A stretch of DNA of 64,000 nucleotides from a bacterium (GCA_021372585.1 JAJFUD010000029.1:16362-80361); one strand, 5' to 3'; shown: positions 39,040 through 51,663, counted from the first letter of the stretch. Translations and numbers: made by a program. Notes: generated from the letters alone by a model not told the origin.

Positions 39040-40641
39040 TTAAAAATTCACAATGGGTAAATAAGGAATGTTTACCCGTATGAACGAAAAAACCAACGCT
39101 ATAACCATGAGTATCCAGAAATAAGCATTGATCTCGTTTGTTTTTCCATGTATGAGCTTATCGACACCATAGACTAGCATTCCTGACAAGACTCCCTGAT
39201 AAAAATTCAATGTTAATCCACCTACCAATAAAGCTATCAAGATGGCTACCCAGATGTTTTTATCTTCCGTATAGGTTTGTAATACTTTTAAAATCATTTG
39301 TGCGCCGATGACTGCCATGACAGGTCCAACAGAAAAAGCGGTAAAACTGGTTCTCAGGAATGGAATAAAAAATAATAAACCCAGGAAACCAATGCCAGTA
39401 AAAACACTGCTTAATCCTGTTTTTGCACCGTTCAGCCAAGCGATAACGCTGCCATAGACAGAGCTGTTCATCCCTGTTCCGGTATGATTACCCACTAATC
39501 CCATCACACCTTCCTGGAAGAAGGCATATTTTTTAAAATAGGTTTCTTGGTCTTTTTTTCTGAAAGAGACATACTCCGGTAAGACTTCCATAAATCCGAT
39601 AAACGTTACCCAATGAACCAGGAATAATGAAATTAAAGGTCTGATTAATTTCGAAAATTCTTTCAACATGGAGGGAAATGAAAAAATCGGGTACCCAATC
39701 ACAGAACCAAGATTTTGAAATCTGGGACGTCCGATAAAGCCTTGCTGTCCAATCCATTTGGAAGGTAAAGGGATAATCGCTCCGGGATTTCTTGTCCAAA
39801 TCAATCCAATCATTAATCCCAGGAGTAATACAATCATAGAGATATCAAGCGCATTTTTTTTGCGGTAATCCACTAAGGTAGCGTAAACAATCATCCAAAC
39901 TACCAGCATTAATACGAGAATCCAAAAATATCCTTGGTTAAAAACGCGGTCAGGCACTTTTGGAATATACATTCCCAGAAAAAGCGCCAGAAGAAAGCCA
40001 TATACATAGGCGCCTTTGACTTTTAATTGATGAAGCACAAATGTAATAATAAAAACGATACAAAAAATGAATGTCTCCGTAGAACGTAGGGTGTATGAAA
40101 TTACTTCCTGGTTTGCATTGAATTGAACTACCTTTCCTGAAAAAATCCCAAATACAAAGAAAATACCCCCCAGAGTGACGAGAGACAGTTGTTTAAACTG
40201 TGCAGGGAGCTGCTCTGTACACCATGTGGGAAACCGTGTAAAGGAAAGCACAATCCAGATGATGTTTTCCAGAATCAGAACAGCAAATCCATATCCCCAG
40301 TCAAGGGATAAGGCATTGATGACATTGACAGAGATGAATTGGTTAATGCCTAACGACCCGATAAAAACCAAAGGCAGTTTGGAGATCAACCCGGCAGCGA
40401 TAGAGAGAATACCAGAAACAAGAAATACCAAGGTAAGTAAGGTGGGTAATAATTGACTGCCATTTGTGATGGAGTGGCTAATCAGATTGGCAGTAGCAAT
40501 CATCGAGAAAATGGAGATAAGGACAGTTCCGACCGAGGCGATGAATTCGCTCGATATAGAAGCACCTCGTAAATGAAGCCTGAACCAATTCTCTAGAACC
40601 GATTGTTTTCGATCATGTTGAACATCATCTTTTGATGCCAT
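39040..40641 (-). CDS. NCS2/AzgA-like nucleobase permease (divergent)
   Basis: Many TM helices, GAKTGLSSVFTG..FL.LLFF; RBS aaggag before ATG 40641. Confidence 0.7.
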   Translation of the reverse strand: MASKDDVQHDRKQSVLENWFRLHLRGASISSEFIASVGTVLISIFSMIATANLISHSITNGSQLLPTLLTLVFLVSGILSIAAGLISKLPLVFIGSLGINQFISVNVINALSLDWGYGFAVLILENIIWIVLSFTRFPTWCTEQLPAQFKQLSLVTLGGIFFVFGIFSGKVVQFNANQEVISYTLRSTETFIFCIVFIITFVLHQLKVKGAYVYGFLLALFLGMYIPKVPDRVFNQGYFWILVLMLVVWMIVYATLVDYRKKNALDISMIVLLLGLMIGLIWTRNPGAIIPLPSKWIGQQGFIGRPRFQNLGSVIGYPIFSFPSMLKEFSKLIRPLISLFLVHWVTFIGFMEVLPEYVSFRKKDQETYFKKYAFFQEGVMGLVGNHTGTGMNSSVYGSVIAWLNGAKTGLSSVFTGIGFLGLLFFIPFLRTSFTAFSVGPVMAVIGAQMILKVLQTYTEDKNIWVAILIALLVGGLTLNFYQGVLSGMLVYGVDKLIHGKTNEINAYFWILMVIALVFSFIRVNIPYLPIVNF

Positions 40642-40642
40642 T

Positions 40643-43105
40643 CTAGGACTCCTTTCCATTGTTATCTATCGAAATATCTCTTGCGACAGCGATGACTTTA
40701 TCATCTTTATTTACGCGGATTAACCGAACGCCTTTTGATACCCTGTTCAGGGAAGGTATCTCGTTGGTGTCGATCTGAATAATGTTGCCATTCATGGTAG
40801 TAATGATGAGGGTAATCCCTTTTTTAAGAGCACGGCAGGCTGCAATATTACCGGTTTTGGAGTCAATACGCATCGCTTTGACTCCTTTTGCTCCACGTCG
40901 GGTCTGTCTGAATTTAGCAAAGTCAGTGAGTTTCCCAAATCCTTTTTCAGTCAGGCAGAGCAGCTGGTATCCCTTTTCTTCAATTTCCATCCCGATCACT
41001 TCATCGTCAGCGGCTAATCGAATTCCTTTGACGCCCATGCTGTTTCTTCCCATATCACGCAAGTCAGCCATGATATGGACGGCATACCCCTTTTTGGAAA
41101 CGATGAGCACCTTATCGGTTTTTTTAATGATACGTACTTTTTTCAACGAATCGCCTTGGCGTAATTTAATTGCAATGATGCCTGTTTTACGAATCTTTTC
41201 AAATTCCTTGATCAGCGTTTTTTTAATCACCCCTCTGGAAGTGACCATCATCAAACCAAGCTCAGGATCAAAATCCTCTACTGAAATAGCTGTGCAGATG
41301 CTTTCTTCAGGATCCAACGGGAGCAGGTACGACATAGGCGTTCCTTTTTGCTTCCGATCGGCTTCCGGAATACGGAAGATCTTCATGGAATATACTTTTC
41401 CGAAATTACTGAAAAAGAGCATTACTTTATGGTTAGAGGAACAGAAAATATCCAGTATTTCATCATCCTCTTTTTTAAAGGTATTCTTCACCCCTTTGCC
41501 GCCACGACCTTGTGTTTGGTAGGTATCGTTCTTCATTCGCTTAATATAGCCGTCGCGTGTGATGCTGACCATGACAATATCGTCATGAATCAGGTCTTCT
41601 TCTACGATCTCTTCGTCATCAGCAGCCTGGTTAATTTCCGTTTTTCTCGCATCACCATATTTTCTCTTGATTTCAAGGAGTTCTTTTTTAATCTCTGCAT
41701 GAAGAGATTCTTTTGAAGCGATAATGCTTTCGAGAAGGGTGACGTACTCTTTGAGTTTTTGCATTTCATCTTCAATTTTCTTGGTTTCTAAGGAGGTTAA
41801 ACGGCTTAAGGACATATCCAGAATCGCTGTCACCTGTTCTTCGGTGAGAGTAAAGCGGTCGATCAATTTCCTCTTCGCAGTTGCGGTATCCTGTGATGAT
41901 CGTATTAACTCAATCACCTCATCAATGTTTTGAATGCCGATATACAGCCCATCTAATATATGCAGTCTGCTTTTTGATTTTCTCAGTTCATATTGGGTGC
42001 GTTTTGTGACGATATCTTCCCGGTGAAGCAGGAATTGTTCAAGAAAACCTTTCATACCCATCTCAACTGGTTTCTGATCAACCAGACAGAGCATAATGAC
42101 GCCAAAATTGTTTTGGAATTGAGTCATTTTATAGAGTTGGTTCTCAAAAATGTAAGGATTAATACTCTTTTTCAGTTCGATGATGACTCGGATGCCATCA
42201 CGGTCACTTTCGTCACGTAAATCGGTAATTCCTTCCAATTTTTTATCTTTCGCCAATTCTGCGATTTTTTTAATTAGTTCAGCTTTGTTCACCTGGTAGG
42301 GTAGCTCATCGATCACATAGATATTGTGATGTTTCTCTTCTTCAATGTGACCTTTTCCCTGGAGGTGGATGCTGCCTCTGCCGGTTTCAAAATAACTACG
42401 GATTCCATTTAATCCCAGGATTTTCCCACCTGTTGGAAAATCAGGTCCTTTAATGCATTTTAAAAGATCATCCACGGTTGCTTCAGGATTTTCAATAATC
42501 ATAACAATGCCGTCGATCAGCTCTGTCAGGTTGTGAGGGGGGATATTAGTCGCCATTCCGACAGCAATACCACTCGATCCATTGAGTAATAGATTGGGAA
42601 TTTTCGATGGTAAATATACCGGCTCTTCCAGGGAAGCGTCAAAGTTTGGCATGAATTCAATCGTTTCCTGGTTGAGCTCATCCAACAACTCCTGACTGAT
42701 TTTTGACAGGCGAACTTCAGTGTATCGCATAGCCGCAGGTGAGTCGCCATCAATGGAGCCGAAGTTACCATGACCTTCGACGAGGGGGTATCGCAGAGAA
42801 AAAGTCTGTGCCATACGTACTAATGAATCGTAAATCGAAGTATCCCCGTGGGGATGGTAATTACCTAGCACTTGTCCAACGATTTTAGCGGATTTCTTAA
42901 AGGGTTTGTTAGCTTGATTTCCGAGTTCCATCATGGCGTATAGAATTCTTCTGTGGACTGGTTTTAATCCGTCTCGAATATCCGGGAGAGCTCTCCCAAC
43001 AATCACACTCATCGCGTATTCGAGGTAGGATTTTTTCATCTCTTCATCGAGGCTGATGGGGAGGATGAGCTCTCCTATATTTTCTTGGTTTGGCTGATTT
43101 GGCAT
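40643..43105 (-). CDS. gyrA: DNA gyrase subunit A
   Basis: [25 protein letters not shown] catalytic Tyr, GyrA-box QGRGGKG. Confidence 0.97.
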   Translation of the reverse strand: MPNQPNQENIGELILPISLDEEMKKSYLEYAMSVIVGRALPDIRDGLKPVHRRILYAMMELGNQANKPFKKSAKIVGQVLGNYHPHGDTSIYDSLVRMAQTFSLRYPLVEGHGNFGSIDGDSPAAMRYTEVRLSKISQELLDELNQETIEFMPNFDASLEEPVYLPSKIPNLLLNGSSGIAVGMATNIPPHNLTELIDGIVMIIENPEATVDDLLKCIKGPDFPTGGKILGLNGIRSYFETGRGSIHLQGKGHIEEEKHHNIYVIDELPYQVNKAELIKKIAELAKDKKLEGITDLRDESDRDGIRVIIELKKSINPYIFENQLYKMTQFQNNFGVIMLCLVDQKPVEMGMKGFLEQFLLHREDIVTKRTQYELRKSKSRLHILDGLYIGIQNIDEVIELIRSSQDTATAKRKLIDRFTLTEEQVTAILDMSLSRLTSLETKKIEDEMQKLKEYVTLLESIIASKESLHAEIKKELLEIKRKYGDARKTEINQAADDEEIVEEDLIHDDIVMVSITRDGYIKRMKNDTYQTQGRGGKGVKNTFKKEDDEILDIFCSSNHKVMLFFSNFGKVYSMKIFRIPEADRKQKGTPMSYLLPLDPEESICTAISVEDFDPELGLMMVTSRGVIKKTLIKEFEKIRKTGIIAIKLRQGDSLKKVRIIKKTDKVLIVSKKGYAVHIMADLRDMGRNSMGVKGIRLAADDEVIGMEIEEKGYQLLCLTEKGFGKLTDFAKFRQTRRGAKGVKAMRIDSKTGNIAACRALKKGITLIITTMNGNIIQIDTNEIPSLNRVSKGVRLIRVNKDDKVIAVARDISIDNNGKES

Positions 43106-43122
43106 TCCTTTTTATCTCCTGT

Positions 43123-45063
43123 TTAAATGTCTAAATTCGTGACTTCTTTAGCATGAGCTTGGATAAATTCTTTACGTGGGCCTACTTTATCTCCCATCAG
43201 AATTGTGAACATGCGTTCTGCTTCTGCAGCATCTTCAATGTTTACCCTCTTGATTACACGGTTATCGGGGCTCATTGTGGTTTCACTCAATTGTGTTGCA
43301 CTCATTTCACCAAGACCTTTGTAACGCTGTACTTCATATTTACTGGTGACTGTGTCCAGATAAGTGGCAAGTTCAAGATCGGAATAACAATATTTTTCTT
43401 TTTTATCGTGCATCACCAGGAATAAAGGCGGTTGCGCAATGCAAATATGACCGCTCTCAATCAATGGTAGGGTAAAACGATAAAAGAAAGTTAACAGCAA
43501 TGTCCGGATATGAGCACCGTCGACATCGGCGTCGGTCATAATTAATATCTTGCCATAGCGAAGGCGTTTGATGTCAAAATCTTTTTCAATACCTGTTCCC
43601 AGCGCTGCAATCAGGGACTTTATCTCTTCATTGGTTAAAATTCTGTCAATATTGGCTTTTTCAACATTCAGAATTTTACCGCGTAAGGGTAATATAGCTT
43701 GAGTGCGTCTGTCTCGCCCTTGTTTTGCACTACCACCTGCAGAATCGCCTTCTACAATGAACATCTCACATTTTTCAGGATCTTTTTCAGAACAATCCGC
43801 TAATTTGCCAGGCAGCACTGAGCTTCCTAAAAAGCTTTTCCGCCTCACCAGATCCCTGGCTTTTGCAGCCGCTTCCCTGGCTTCTTTGGAAACCAATGAC
43901 CTCTCGATCACTGCTTTGGCTAAATCAGGATTTTTATCCAACATACCGGAAAATTCATTGTATACGTATTCTTCCACCGCTTTGCGAACAAAATTATTCC
44001 CCAGCCTGCCTTTGGTCTGTCCTTCAAACTGAGGATCGTGCAAGCGTATGTTAATAATAGCGGTTAATCCATCCTTGATGTCATCACTGGAAAACAAATC
44101 TTTTGATAAATCCTTATTGTATTTTAATAAATTGGCTTTTTCATTAATGACTTTCAGAATGCCGGCTTTGAATCCATACACATGGGTACCTCCATCGCGC
44201 GTATTGATACTGTTTACGAATGAGTACACGGTTTCACCATACGAAGAGGCATAATTGAAACAAATCTCGATGAACAGTTCATCGTCCGGTTTATTCAGAT
44301 ATACAGGCTCCGGTAAAATGGATGTTTTACCTTCTAAAATAAATTGAAGATATTCTCTGATGCCTCCCTCAAAGAAGTAATCATAACGCTCCTGTGTCAG
44401 GTTATTCACAAACGAAATGTTAAGGTTATTATTTAAGAAAGCCAATTCCTTGAGGCGATTGATTAAAAAATGAGTATCAAAAACGGTGGTTTCAAAAATT
44501 TCCTTATCCGGTTTAAAGGTGATTTTGGTGCCGTTTGTGGTGGATAACCCTGTTATTTCTAATTCATTCTGGGGCGTGCCGCGTTTGTAGATCTGTTCGT
44601 AATGATTGGATTCTCTGTTGATCTCTACTTTTAACCATTCCGATAAGGCATTCACGACCGATACGCCGACTCCATGTAATCCCCCTGAGACTTTGTAGCT
44701 CTTTGAATCAAACTTTCCACCGGCATGAAGCTTAGTGAGAGCCACTTCCACGCCCGGGATGCCCAGTTCGGGATGAAGATCCACCGGAAAACCTCTGCCA
44801 TCATCTTCAATGCTGATCACATCCTCTTCGACTAGCGTTACGACGATATGGGAGCAGTAACCGCCCATTGCTTCATCTATGCTGTTGTCAATGACTTCCA
44901 ACGCTAAGTGATTCAAACCTTTGGCATCCGTCGATCCAATATACATGGCGGGTCTTTTTCTGACAGCTTCTAATCCTTCTAGTACGCGGATACTGGATGA
45001 GTTGTAATCACTTACATTGTTTGCTCCGTTTGATCCATTTGGTTTTTTTTCCAATTCGTCCAT
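43123..45063 (-). CDS. gyrB: DNA gyrase subunit B
   Basis: EAVRKRPAMYIG, EVIDNSIDE, GGLHGVGVSVVN, VEGDSAGG, DADVDG, RYKGLGEM. Confidence 0.97.
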   Translation of the reverse strand: MDELEKKPNGSNGANNVSDYNSSSIRVLEGLEAVRKRPAMYIGSTDAKGLNHLALEVIDNSIDEAMGGYCSHIVVTLVEEDVISIEDDGRGFPVDLHPELGIPGVEVALTKLHAGGKFDSKSYKVSGGLHGVGVSVVNALSEWLKVEINRESNHYEQIYKRGTPQNELEITGLSTTNGTKITFKPDKEIFETTVFDTHFLINRLKELAFLNNNLNISFVNNLTQERYDYFFEGGIREYLQFILEGKTSILPEPVYLNKPDDELFIEICFNYASSYGETVYSFVNSINTRDGGTHVYGFKAGILKVINEKANLLKYNKDLSKDLFSSDDIKDGLTAIINIRLHDPQFEGQTKGRLGNNFVRKAVEEYVYNEFSGMLDKNPDLAKAVIERSLVSKEAREAAAKARDLVRRKSFLGSSVLPGKLADCSEKDPEKCEMFIVEGDSAGGSAKQGRDRRTQAILPLRGKILNVEKANIDRILTNEEIKSLIAALGTGIEKDFDIKRLRYGKILIMTDADVDGAHIRTLLLTFFYRFTLPLIESGHICIAQPPLFLVMHDKKEKYCYSDLELATYLDTVTSKYEVQRYKGLGEMSATQLSETTMSPDNRVIKRVNIEDAAEAERMFTILMGDKVGPRKEFIQAHAKEVTNLDI

Positions 45064-45313
45064 TCTCACACTCCATTTCATAAAATGCCAAATAATTATT
45101 TTAGCAGAAATACTCATTATTACAAGGTTTTATTTAGATTTTTGATCAGATGAACGTGGTTGTCGCTTTTTTAAATGATATGCCGTTAGTCTGCATTTTT
45201 GAAAGAGGATGTTTCCTGTAAACAGGGTAGCTGACATTTTATTTCTACACGGTATAATCAAAGGGAATAAATAATTGAAAAGAGAGTAGATAAAACAGTG
45301 TAGGAGGCGTTTC

Positions 45314-46657
45314 TTGAAAAGTAAACAGTTAAAATCATGGCAGGAAGCAAAACAAGAGTATGCTTTCATCGATATCTGGATTGTTGATTTGTTTGGAAAA
45401 ATCAGACATGTCACCTTACCTTCTGAATATGTTTCCGAGGAAGTGATGCAAAATGGTATCGGATTTGACGCTTCTAACCTGAAATTAGCCGAGGTAACGA
45501 ATTCAGACCTGGTGATCAGGCCTGATCTGGCTACTGCTTTTGAAGATCCGTTTTCTCTCTTAAAAACATTGAATGTGATGGGCACTGTTTTTCAATTTAA
45601 TGCAAAAATGCAAGCTGAAGTATTCCCGTATGACTCTCGTGTTATGCTGCAAAATACCACAGCATTCATGAGAAAACTAGGTTATGCAGACACCCTTCAG
45701 GTTTTACCTGAACTGGAGTTTTATATTGTAGACGATATGGACTTGAGTGTAGACCAACATGATACTTTCATCGCTCATTATTCTGAAGAAAAATACCTTC
45801 AGTCGAATAAAGGATATCATTTATCCAAACCTTTTGATCAATTAGCAGACATTCGATCTGAAATTGTCGCTCAATTACTGGCACTGGGTATTCCTGTGAA
45901 ATACCATCATCATGAGGTTGGTTTCCCCGGACAATGTGAGATTGAGCTGGATTTTCAAGGATCCATCCAAACAGCCGATGCGATCTTAAAAGCGAAATAC
46001 GTGATTCATAACCTAACCAGAAAACACGGTAAAGTAGTCAATTTTATGCCTAAGCCAATCTATGGTATGCCCGGATCAGGGATGCATCTTCATATGTTTT
46101 TGGCAGACGCGGAAGGGAAGTCTCTCTTTTTTGACAAAAAGGGGGAATATCGGTTAAGTATGCTGGCATGGCATTATATGGGTGGCGTATTGTTACATCT
46201 CCCTGCGTTGATGGCATTTACCAATCCATCGACCAACTCGTTTAAGCGGCTAATCCCCGGTTATGAAGCGCCCTGTAATAAGTCTTTTGCGAAGTCAAAC
46301 CGGGATGCTTCCATACGGATACCTGCCTATACCCCTCTTGAGGAGACAAGGTTTGAATTGCGGACCGCAGACGCGTTGGCAAACCCTTATTATGCTTTGT
46401 CCGCTATTCTGTTGGCTGGTTTAGAGGGGATCAAAAACCGGATTGACCCTCATGATGCAGAAGCGATCAGGAAAGAGGAAAAGATACCTCATAGCTTGAT
46501 TTCAGCCATGGATGCTTTGCTGAATGATCAAAAGTTTCTACAGCCTATTATGTCGGAAGCGTTCCTTGAAACCTGGAAAAAGCAAAAGCTCCTGGAAGCG
46601 AATAAATGTACGTATTACCCGAATCCTGCGGAGTTTGAAACGTATTTAGATTACTAA
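45314..46657 (+). CDS. glnA: Type I glutamine synthetase family
   Basis: GFDAS, HHHEV..GQCE, FMPKP, GSGMH, KRLIPGYEAP, RFELR; RBS aggagg before TTG. Confidence 0.88.
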   Translation: MKSKQLKSWQEAKQEYAFIDIWIVDLFGKIRHVTLPSEYVSEEVMQNGIGFDASNLKLAEVTNSDLVIRPDLATAFEDPFSLLKTLNVMGTVFQFNAKMQAEVFPYDSRVMLQNTTAFMRKLGYADTLQVLPELEFYIVDDMDLSVDQHDTFIAHYSEEKYLQSNKGYHLSKPFDQLADIRSEIVAQLLALGIPVKYHHHEVGFPGQCEIELDFQGSIQTADAILKAKYVIHNLTRKHGKVVNFMPKPIYGMPGSGMHLHMFLADAEGKSLFFDKKGEYRLSMLAWHYMGGVLLHLPALMAFTNPSTNSFKRLIPGYEAPCNKSFAKSNRDASIRIPAYTPLEETRFELRTADALANPYYALSAILLAGLEGIKNRIDPHDAEAIRKEEKIPHSLISAMDALLNDQKFLQPIMSEAFLETWKKQKLLEANKCTYYPNPAEFETYLDY

Positions 46658-47490
46658 AGCTCCGTCACTTCAGCTTCGTTGGTATCTTCTTTCGCATCGA
46701 TTACCAGGCCAATTTCAGCTTGATTGGTCGGTTCGTCTAACCGTATCTGTTGGTTTCGGGAGCTATACAGGAGGATAAGTAATCCGACAGGAATCAACAC
46801 GATAGATAACCATTGACTTGCGCTCAGGATATTCCAAAGAAATGTAACTTTTGCGACATCCCGCCAAAACTCAATAAAGAAAGTCATGATGGCATAATCA
46901 ATCAACAGAAATCCGATTGTTTTTCCGTAAAAACGCTTGGTTCGTTCAATATGGTACACATGTAAAAATCCAAGAAAAGCCAGTACAGAGGTAAATAGCT
47001 GAGTTGGGAGACGGGGGTAATCCATCACTCCAAACCGGAATGAAAGCCAGGAATCACTGGGTAGACCGGTACAACACCCATTAAAGAAGCAACCGATCCG
47101 GCCAATCGCATATCCGATCAAAACACCTGAGGCTAACACATCCAGTAAAGCCCAGAAATTAATCTTGTGGATTTTTGCATAGACGATAGCAACAAGGATA
47201 CCAGCCGGGATGATGCCAAAGAAGGATAATCCCTCTCCGCCGGACTTGATAATCTCGATCGGATTATGGAAATAAAACAGGAAATCATTGGTCAGGACAT
47301 ACATCAGCTTAGCACCGATCACACAGAATATCAGGAGATAGAATAATAAATCCACCATATGATCATCGGTTAATCCGATTTTTTTGGCTCTTCCCCGGGC
47401 AGCGAAATATCCGGCTATCACCCCAAGGGCGATCATCAAACCATAGCTTCGAATCACAATAGGACCAAACTTAGCGATAATCGGAAACAT
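46654..47490 (-). CDS. lgt: Prolipoprotein diacylglyceryl transferase
   Basis: IRSYGLMIALG, GLSFFG, AIGRIGCFFNGCC.G, PTQL. Confidence 0.9.
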   Translation of the reverse strand: MFPIIAKFGPIVIRSYGLMIALGVIAGYFAARGRAKKIGLTDDHMVDLLFYLLIFCVIGAKLMYVLTNDFLFYFHNPIEIIKSGGEGLSFFGIIPAGILVAIVYAKIHKINFWALLDVLASGVLIGYAIGRIGCFFNGCCTGLPSDSWLSFRFGVMDYPRLPTQLFTSVLAFLGFLHVYHIERTKRFYGKTIGFLLIDYAIMTFFIEFWRDVAKVTFLWNILSASQWLSIVLIPVGLLILLYSSRNQQIRLDEPTNQAEIGLVIDAKEDTNEAEVTEL

Positions 47491-47505
47491 ACCCTGCCCC
47501 CTGTC

Positions 47506-48693
47506 TTAGTTTAAAATATGAAACACTTTATTGGCTTCTATTAATTGTTCTATGACCATATCCAAGTGCTCATAGTCCATAGAAGCGGTCACATTCATTC
47601 TTAATCGGGAAGTGTTCGGTGGCACTGCCGGGGTGACGACCGGTAACACAAAAACATCCCTCTCTTGCATAAAACGAGTCACCTCCATCGTTTTCTGCTC
47701 CTCCCCGATAATCAGCGGAACAATTGCGGTTTGTGATTGAAGTGTATTGAAGCCGACTTTGTGAAGGTTATTTAAAAAATAATGAACATTGTCGTTCAGT
47801 TTTTGAATCCGCCATGGTTCATCCAAAATAATCTGAAATGCCATTTTGGCAGCAGCGACAGTCGGGGGGGGTAAGGCGGCTGAGAAGACAAATCCACGCG
47901 CGGTGTGCTTCAGGAAATTGATCAAATCGGTATCTCCCGTGATATAGCCGCCAATGGCGGGAATCACTTTACTTAATGTCCCCATCAGAATGTCAATCTG
48001 CCCTTCGATATGAAAATACTCCTCTATGCCGGTGCCTTTTTCCCCCAATACTCCCAGGGAATGAGCTTCGTCTACCATCAACAATGTGTTATATTGTTTG
48101 GCTAATTGAATGATTTCGGGTAAAGGGGCAATATCTCCATCCATACTGTATACCGAGTCGATAATAATACAGCGATTGCGATATTCCTGGGATTTTTGCA
48201 GGCATCGTTCCAGGTCTGATAAGCTGTTATGGTTGAAACGGATAAACTCGGCACCGGACAACAAACACCCATCTACAATGGAAGCGTGGTCAAATTTGTC
48301 ACAAATCACCGCGTCACCGCGATGAAATAAGGTGGATATGGTGGCAAGATTGGTCACATATCCGCTGGAATAAACTATCGCTTGCTCCCGGTGCTTAAAA
48401 CGGGCAATATATCCTTCCAAGTCGTTGTGAATCGTCTCAGTTCCGGCAAGAATTCGCACTCCGTGGGTACCGGTGCCAAATTGGTCGATCGCTTCCTTGG
48501 CGGCTTGGTTAATTCGGGGATGCTGTAACAATCCAAGGTAACTATAAGAAGCGAGCATCAACTTTTTTTTGCCTTTTACCCAAACAAAGGGGTCTTCTAT
48601 TTTATCAATCTCCTGGAGATAAAAATATTGGTTTTGCTCCTTTAGATCGTTGTATTTATCTAAAAAATCCAAGATGACTTTTGGTGGTTTCAT
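47506..48693 (-). CDS. PLP-dependent alpha-oxoamine synthase family (BioF/Kbl/SPT-like)
   Basis: [31 protein letters not shown] (PLP Lys), FVFSAALPP. Confidence 0.9.
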   Translation of the reverse strand: MKPPKVILDFLDKYNDLKEQNQYFYLQEIDKIEDPFVWVKGKKKLMLASYSYLGLLQHPRINQAAKEAIDQFGTGTHGVRILAGTETIHNDLEGYIARFKHREQAIVYSSGYVTNLATISTLFHRGDAVICDKFDHASIVDGCLLSGAEFIRFNHNSLSDLERCLQKSQEYRNRCIIIDSVYSMDGDIAPLPEIIQLAKQYNTLLMVDEAHSLGVLGEKGTGIEEYFHIEGQIDILMGTLSKVIPAIGGYITGDTDLINFLKHTARGFVFSAALPPPTVAAAKMAFQIILDEPWRIQKLNDNVHYFLNNLHKVGFNTLQSQTAIVPLIIGEEQKTMEVTRFMQERDVFVLPVVTPAVPPNTSRLRMNVTASMDYEHLDMVIEQLIEANKVFHILN

Positions 48694-50351
48694 TTTGTTT
48701 TATCTCCCATCATAGGCACTTGAATGCCTTTCAGAACAGCCGTTTCTTTCGCGGTTTCATACCCTGCATCCGCATGTCGGATCACACCCATTCCGGGATC
48801 GTTCGTCAAGACTCGTTCCAAATTTTCGTCTTGTGCGGCAGTACCGTCGGCGACAATCACCATTCCGGCGTGGAGGGAGTTTCCGATGCCTACCCCTCCG
48901 CCATGATGAACCGATACCCAAGTAGCACCGCTGGCGGTATTAACAAGAGCGTTCAGAATTGGCCAATCGGCAATCGCATCGGAACCATCCTTCATATTTT
49001 CCGTTTCCCGGTAAGGAGAGGCGACGGATCCTGTATCTAAATGATCTCTCCCAATCACGATTGGACAGGAGATTTTTCCCTTCCTGACCAAGTCATTGAT
49101 CCGCAAACCAAATTCAGCTCTCTCCCCTTGTCCTAACCAACATATTCTGGCAGGTAAACCCTGAAACACAATTTTATCATGGGCGTGTTGAATCCAACGA
49201 TGTAATTTTTCCTGTTTGGGAAATAATTCGAGCACAGCCTCATCCGTTCGGTAAATATCCTGGGGATCCCCGGATAAGGCAACCCAGCGAAAAGGTCCTT
49301 TTCCTTCACAAAACAACGGTCGTATGTATTCCGGGACAAAACCGGGTATCTGAAAGGCATCCGCAATGCCGGCTGAAAAGGCTTCCCCCCTGATATTATT
49401 ACCATAATCAAACACAATGGAACCCATTTTTTGAAAGTCCAGCATCGCCTGAACCTGTTTAGCCATCGTTTGCATGGAAGCCTGGATATAAGATTCCGGA
49501 TTCGACTTCCGTAATGCTAAGGCTTCCTGATAAGACATACCTGATGGAACATATCCGTTTAATGCATCATGTGCGCTGGTTTGGTCTGTGACAATGTCTG
49601 GTAAAATGCTTCGTTGAACCAGTAAGGGGAATATATCGCCGGCGTTGGCAATCAAACCGACGCTGACCGCTTTTTTTTGCTGAATACTAGTCTGGATAAT
49701 GGCTAACGCTTCTTCAAGGCTGGTGGTAATTTGATCCACATACGCCGTTTTTAATCTTTTTTCAGCCCTTTCCTGGTCTACTTCCACACACAGGCAGCAG
49801 CCACCGTTGAGCGTGACAGCAAGAGGTTGTGCTCCACCCATGCCGCCAAGTCCTCCGGTAAGAACCCATTTTCCGGTCAGGTCCCCGGCAAAATGTTTAT
49901 CAGCTACAGAAGCGATCGTCTCGTATGTACCTTGTAGTATTCCCTGGGTGCCGATATAGATCCAACTACCCGCGGTCATCTGTCCATACATGGTTAACCC
50001 AAGAGCTTCTAATCGTCTGAATTCGTTCCAATTCGCCCACGCAGGCACCAACATTGAGTTGCTGATCAAAACCCGTGGAGCTTGTTTCTGAGTGCGTACG
50101 ATGCCAACCGGTTTTCCCGATTGAACCAACAAAGTTTCATCCTCTTTTAAGGTTCTGAGCGATTGTAGGATCGCTTCTAAACAAGCATAATTCCTGGCAG
50201 CTTTACCGGTACCGCCATATACAATCAATTCGGAAGGTTTTTCAGCCACTTGAGGATCCAGGTTATTCAGCAGCATTCTGTAAGGGGCTTCCTGGAGCCA
50301 TCCCCGGCAATTTAATGTACTACCCAAAGGGGTAACTGGTATTCGACCCAT
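48690..50351 (-). CDS. hutU: Urocanate hydratase
   Basis: [49 protein letters not shown]. Confidence 0.97.
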   Translation of the reverse strand: MGRIPVTPLGSTLNCRGWLQEAPYRMLLNNLDPQVAEKPSELIVYGGTGKAARNYACLEAILQSLRTLKEDETLLVQSGKPVGIVRTQKQAPRVLISNSMLVPAWANWNEFRRLEALGLTMYGQMTAGSWIYIGTQGILQGTYETIASVADKHFAGDLTGKWVLTGGLGGMGGAQPLAVTLNGGCCLCVEVDQERAEKRLKTAYVDQITTSLEEALAIIQTSIQQKKAVSVGLIANAGDIFPLLVQRSILPDIVTDQTSAHDALNGYVPSGMSYQEALALRKSNPESYIQASMQTMAKQVQAMLDFQKMGSIVFDYGNNIRGEAFSAGIADAFQIPGFVPEYIRPLFCEGKGPFRWVALSGDPQDIYRTDEAVLELFPKQEKLHRWIQHAHDKIVFQGLPARICWLGQGERAEFGLRINDLVRKGKISCPIVIGRDHLDTGSVASPYRETENMKDGSDAIADWPILNALVNTASGATWVSVHHGGGVGIGNSLHAGMVIVADGTAAQDENLERVLTNDPGMGVIRHADAGYETAKETAVLKGIQVPMMGDKTK

Positions 50352-50477
50352 AATATTCTCCTTTGCAATATGAGGTGATTATAGCATAATTATGGGCAAG
50401 GAACGAATTTCTTTCTTACCTTGTGTTGTTTCTGTTGTGATTGTCCGGAGTAAGATAAAGAAAGCCGGGGGGATAAA

Positions 50478-51662
50478 ATGAGGCTGGAAGAGGTGAAAAA
50501 AAGTGCTGTCGATTGCATCGATGAGAAAGAGATGCTGGAAAAGCTGCAATACAATCGACCGTTACGTATCAAATTAGGTATGGACCCCACTTCCCCGGAT
50601 TTGCATTTAGGACACGCGGTTGTCTTGGAAAAGCTTCGTCAATTCCAGGAGAACGGTCATACGGTTATTTTTGTGATCGGTGATTTTACTGCCATGATTG
50701 GTGATCCGTCCGGCAGGAATAAGGTGAGAAAAGCACTATCTGCTGAAGAGATCAAGCAGAATGCGCAAACCTATGTCTCCCAGGTGTCTAAAATTCTGGA
50801 TGTGAATAAAGCGGAAATTCGGTACAACAGTGAATGGTTGAGTAAGATCTCCATGGAAGAGCTGATCCGGTTCATGGCTCATTTTACGTTGTCCCAGATT
50901 TTAGAAAGGGATGATTTTCATAAACGGTTTACCCAGGAAGTGCCTATTTTCTTTCATGAGTTTATGTATCCTCTGATGCAGGCTTACGATTCTGTGGCTA
51001 TTCATGCTGATGTGGAATTAGGGGGAACTGACCAGACTTTTAACCTTTTATTGGGAAGAGATCTCCAGGAGTTTTATCATCAACCCAGGCAGTGCATTCT
51101 GACAATGCCTCTTCTAGTAGGGTTAGACGGTCAGGCGAAAATGAGCAAGAGCTTAGGGAATTATGTAGGTATAATGGAAGATAACATCACTATGTATGGA
51201 AAACTGATGTCTATTCCTGATCAATTAATCGCGGATTATTTTCAATTGGTTCTGGGGTATAGCGGGGAAGCGCTGAACTCTGTCAGGAATGCGGTAGAAC
51301 ATGAGAATCCCATGGACTGGAAAATGAAGCTGGCCAGGGAAACCACGACAAAATACCATGATCCTATACAAGCAGAACTAGCAGAGGCTCATTTTATCAG
51401 TGTACATAGAAAGCATGATTTGCCGGAGGAGATACCGGACTATCTGATCCCCTCTTCTGTAGAGGTGAAGGCAGTCGATTTTCTATTAGAATCGAAACTG
51501 GTTGCCAGTAAGAACGATGGTCGAAGATTAATAGAACAAAATGGCTTGGAGATAAACGGCAGCAAACTGACGGATATCAAAGCAACGGTTCGACTGGAAA
51601 ACGGGATGGTTTGGAAAGCTGGCAAACGAAAATTCCTCCGTATCAAGATCAAATCAACCTAA
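50478..51662 (+). CDS. tyrS: Tyrosine--tRNA ligase
   Basis: GMDPTSPDLHLGH, YPLMQAYDS, GGTDQTFN, KMSKS, C-terminal S4. Confidence 0.96.
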   Translation: MRLEEVKKSAVDCIDEKEMLEKLQYNRPLRIKLGMDPTSPDLHLGHAVVLEKLRQFQENGHTVIFVIGDFTAMIGDPSGRNKVRKALSAEEIKQNAQTYVSQVSKILDVNKAEIRYNSEWLSKISMEELIRFMAHFTLSQILERDDFHKRFTQEVPIFFHEFMYPLMQAYDSVAIHADVELGGTDQTFNLLLGRDLQEFYHQPRQCILTMPLLVGLDGQAKMSKSLGNYVGIMEDNITMYGKLMSIPDQLIADYFQLVLGYSGEALNSVRNAVEHENPMDWKMKLARETTTKYHDPIQAELAEAHFISVHRKHDLPEEIPDYLIPSSVEVKAVDFLLESKLVASKNDGRRLIEQNGLEINGSKLTDIKATVRLENGMVWKAGKRKFLRIKIKST

Positions 51663-51663
51663 T

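Noticed and set aside
45217-45236. GlnR/TnrA box upstream of glnA
   Set aside because: TGTAA and TGACA are 10 nt apart instead of 7.
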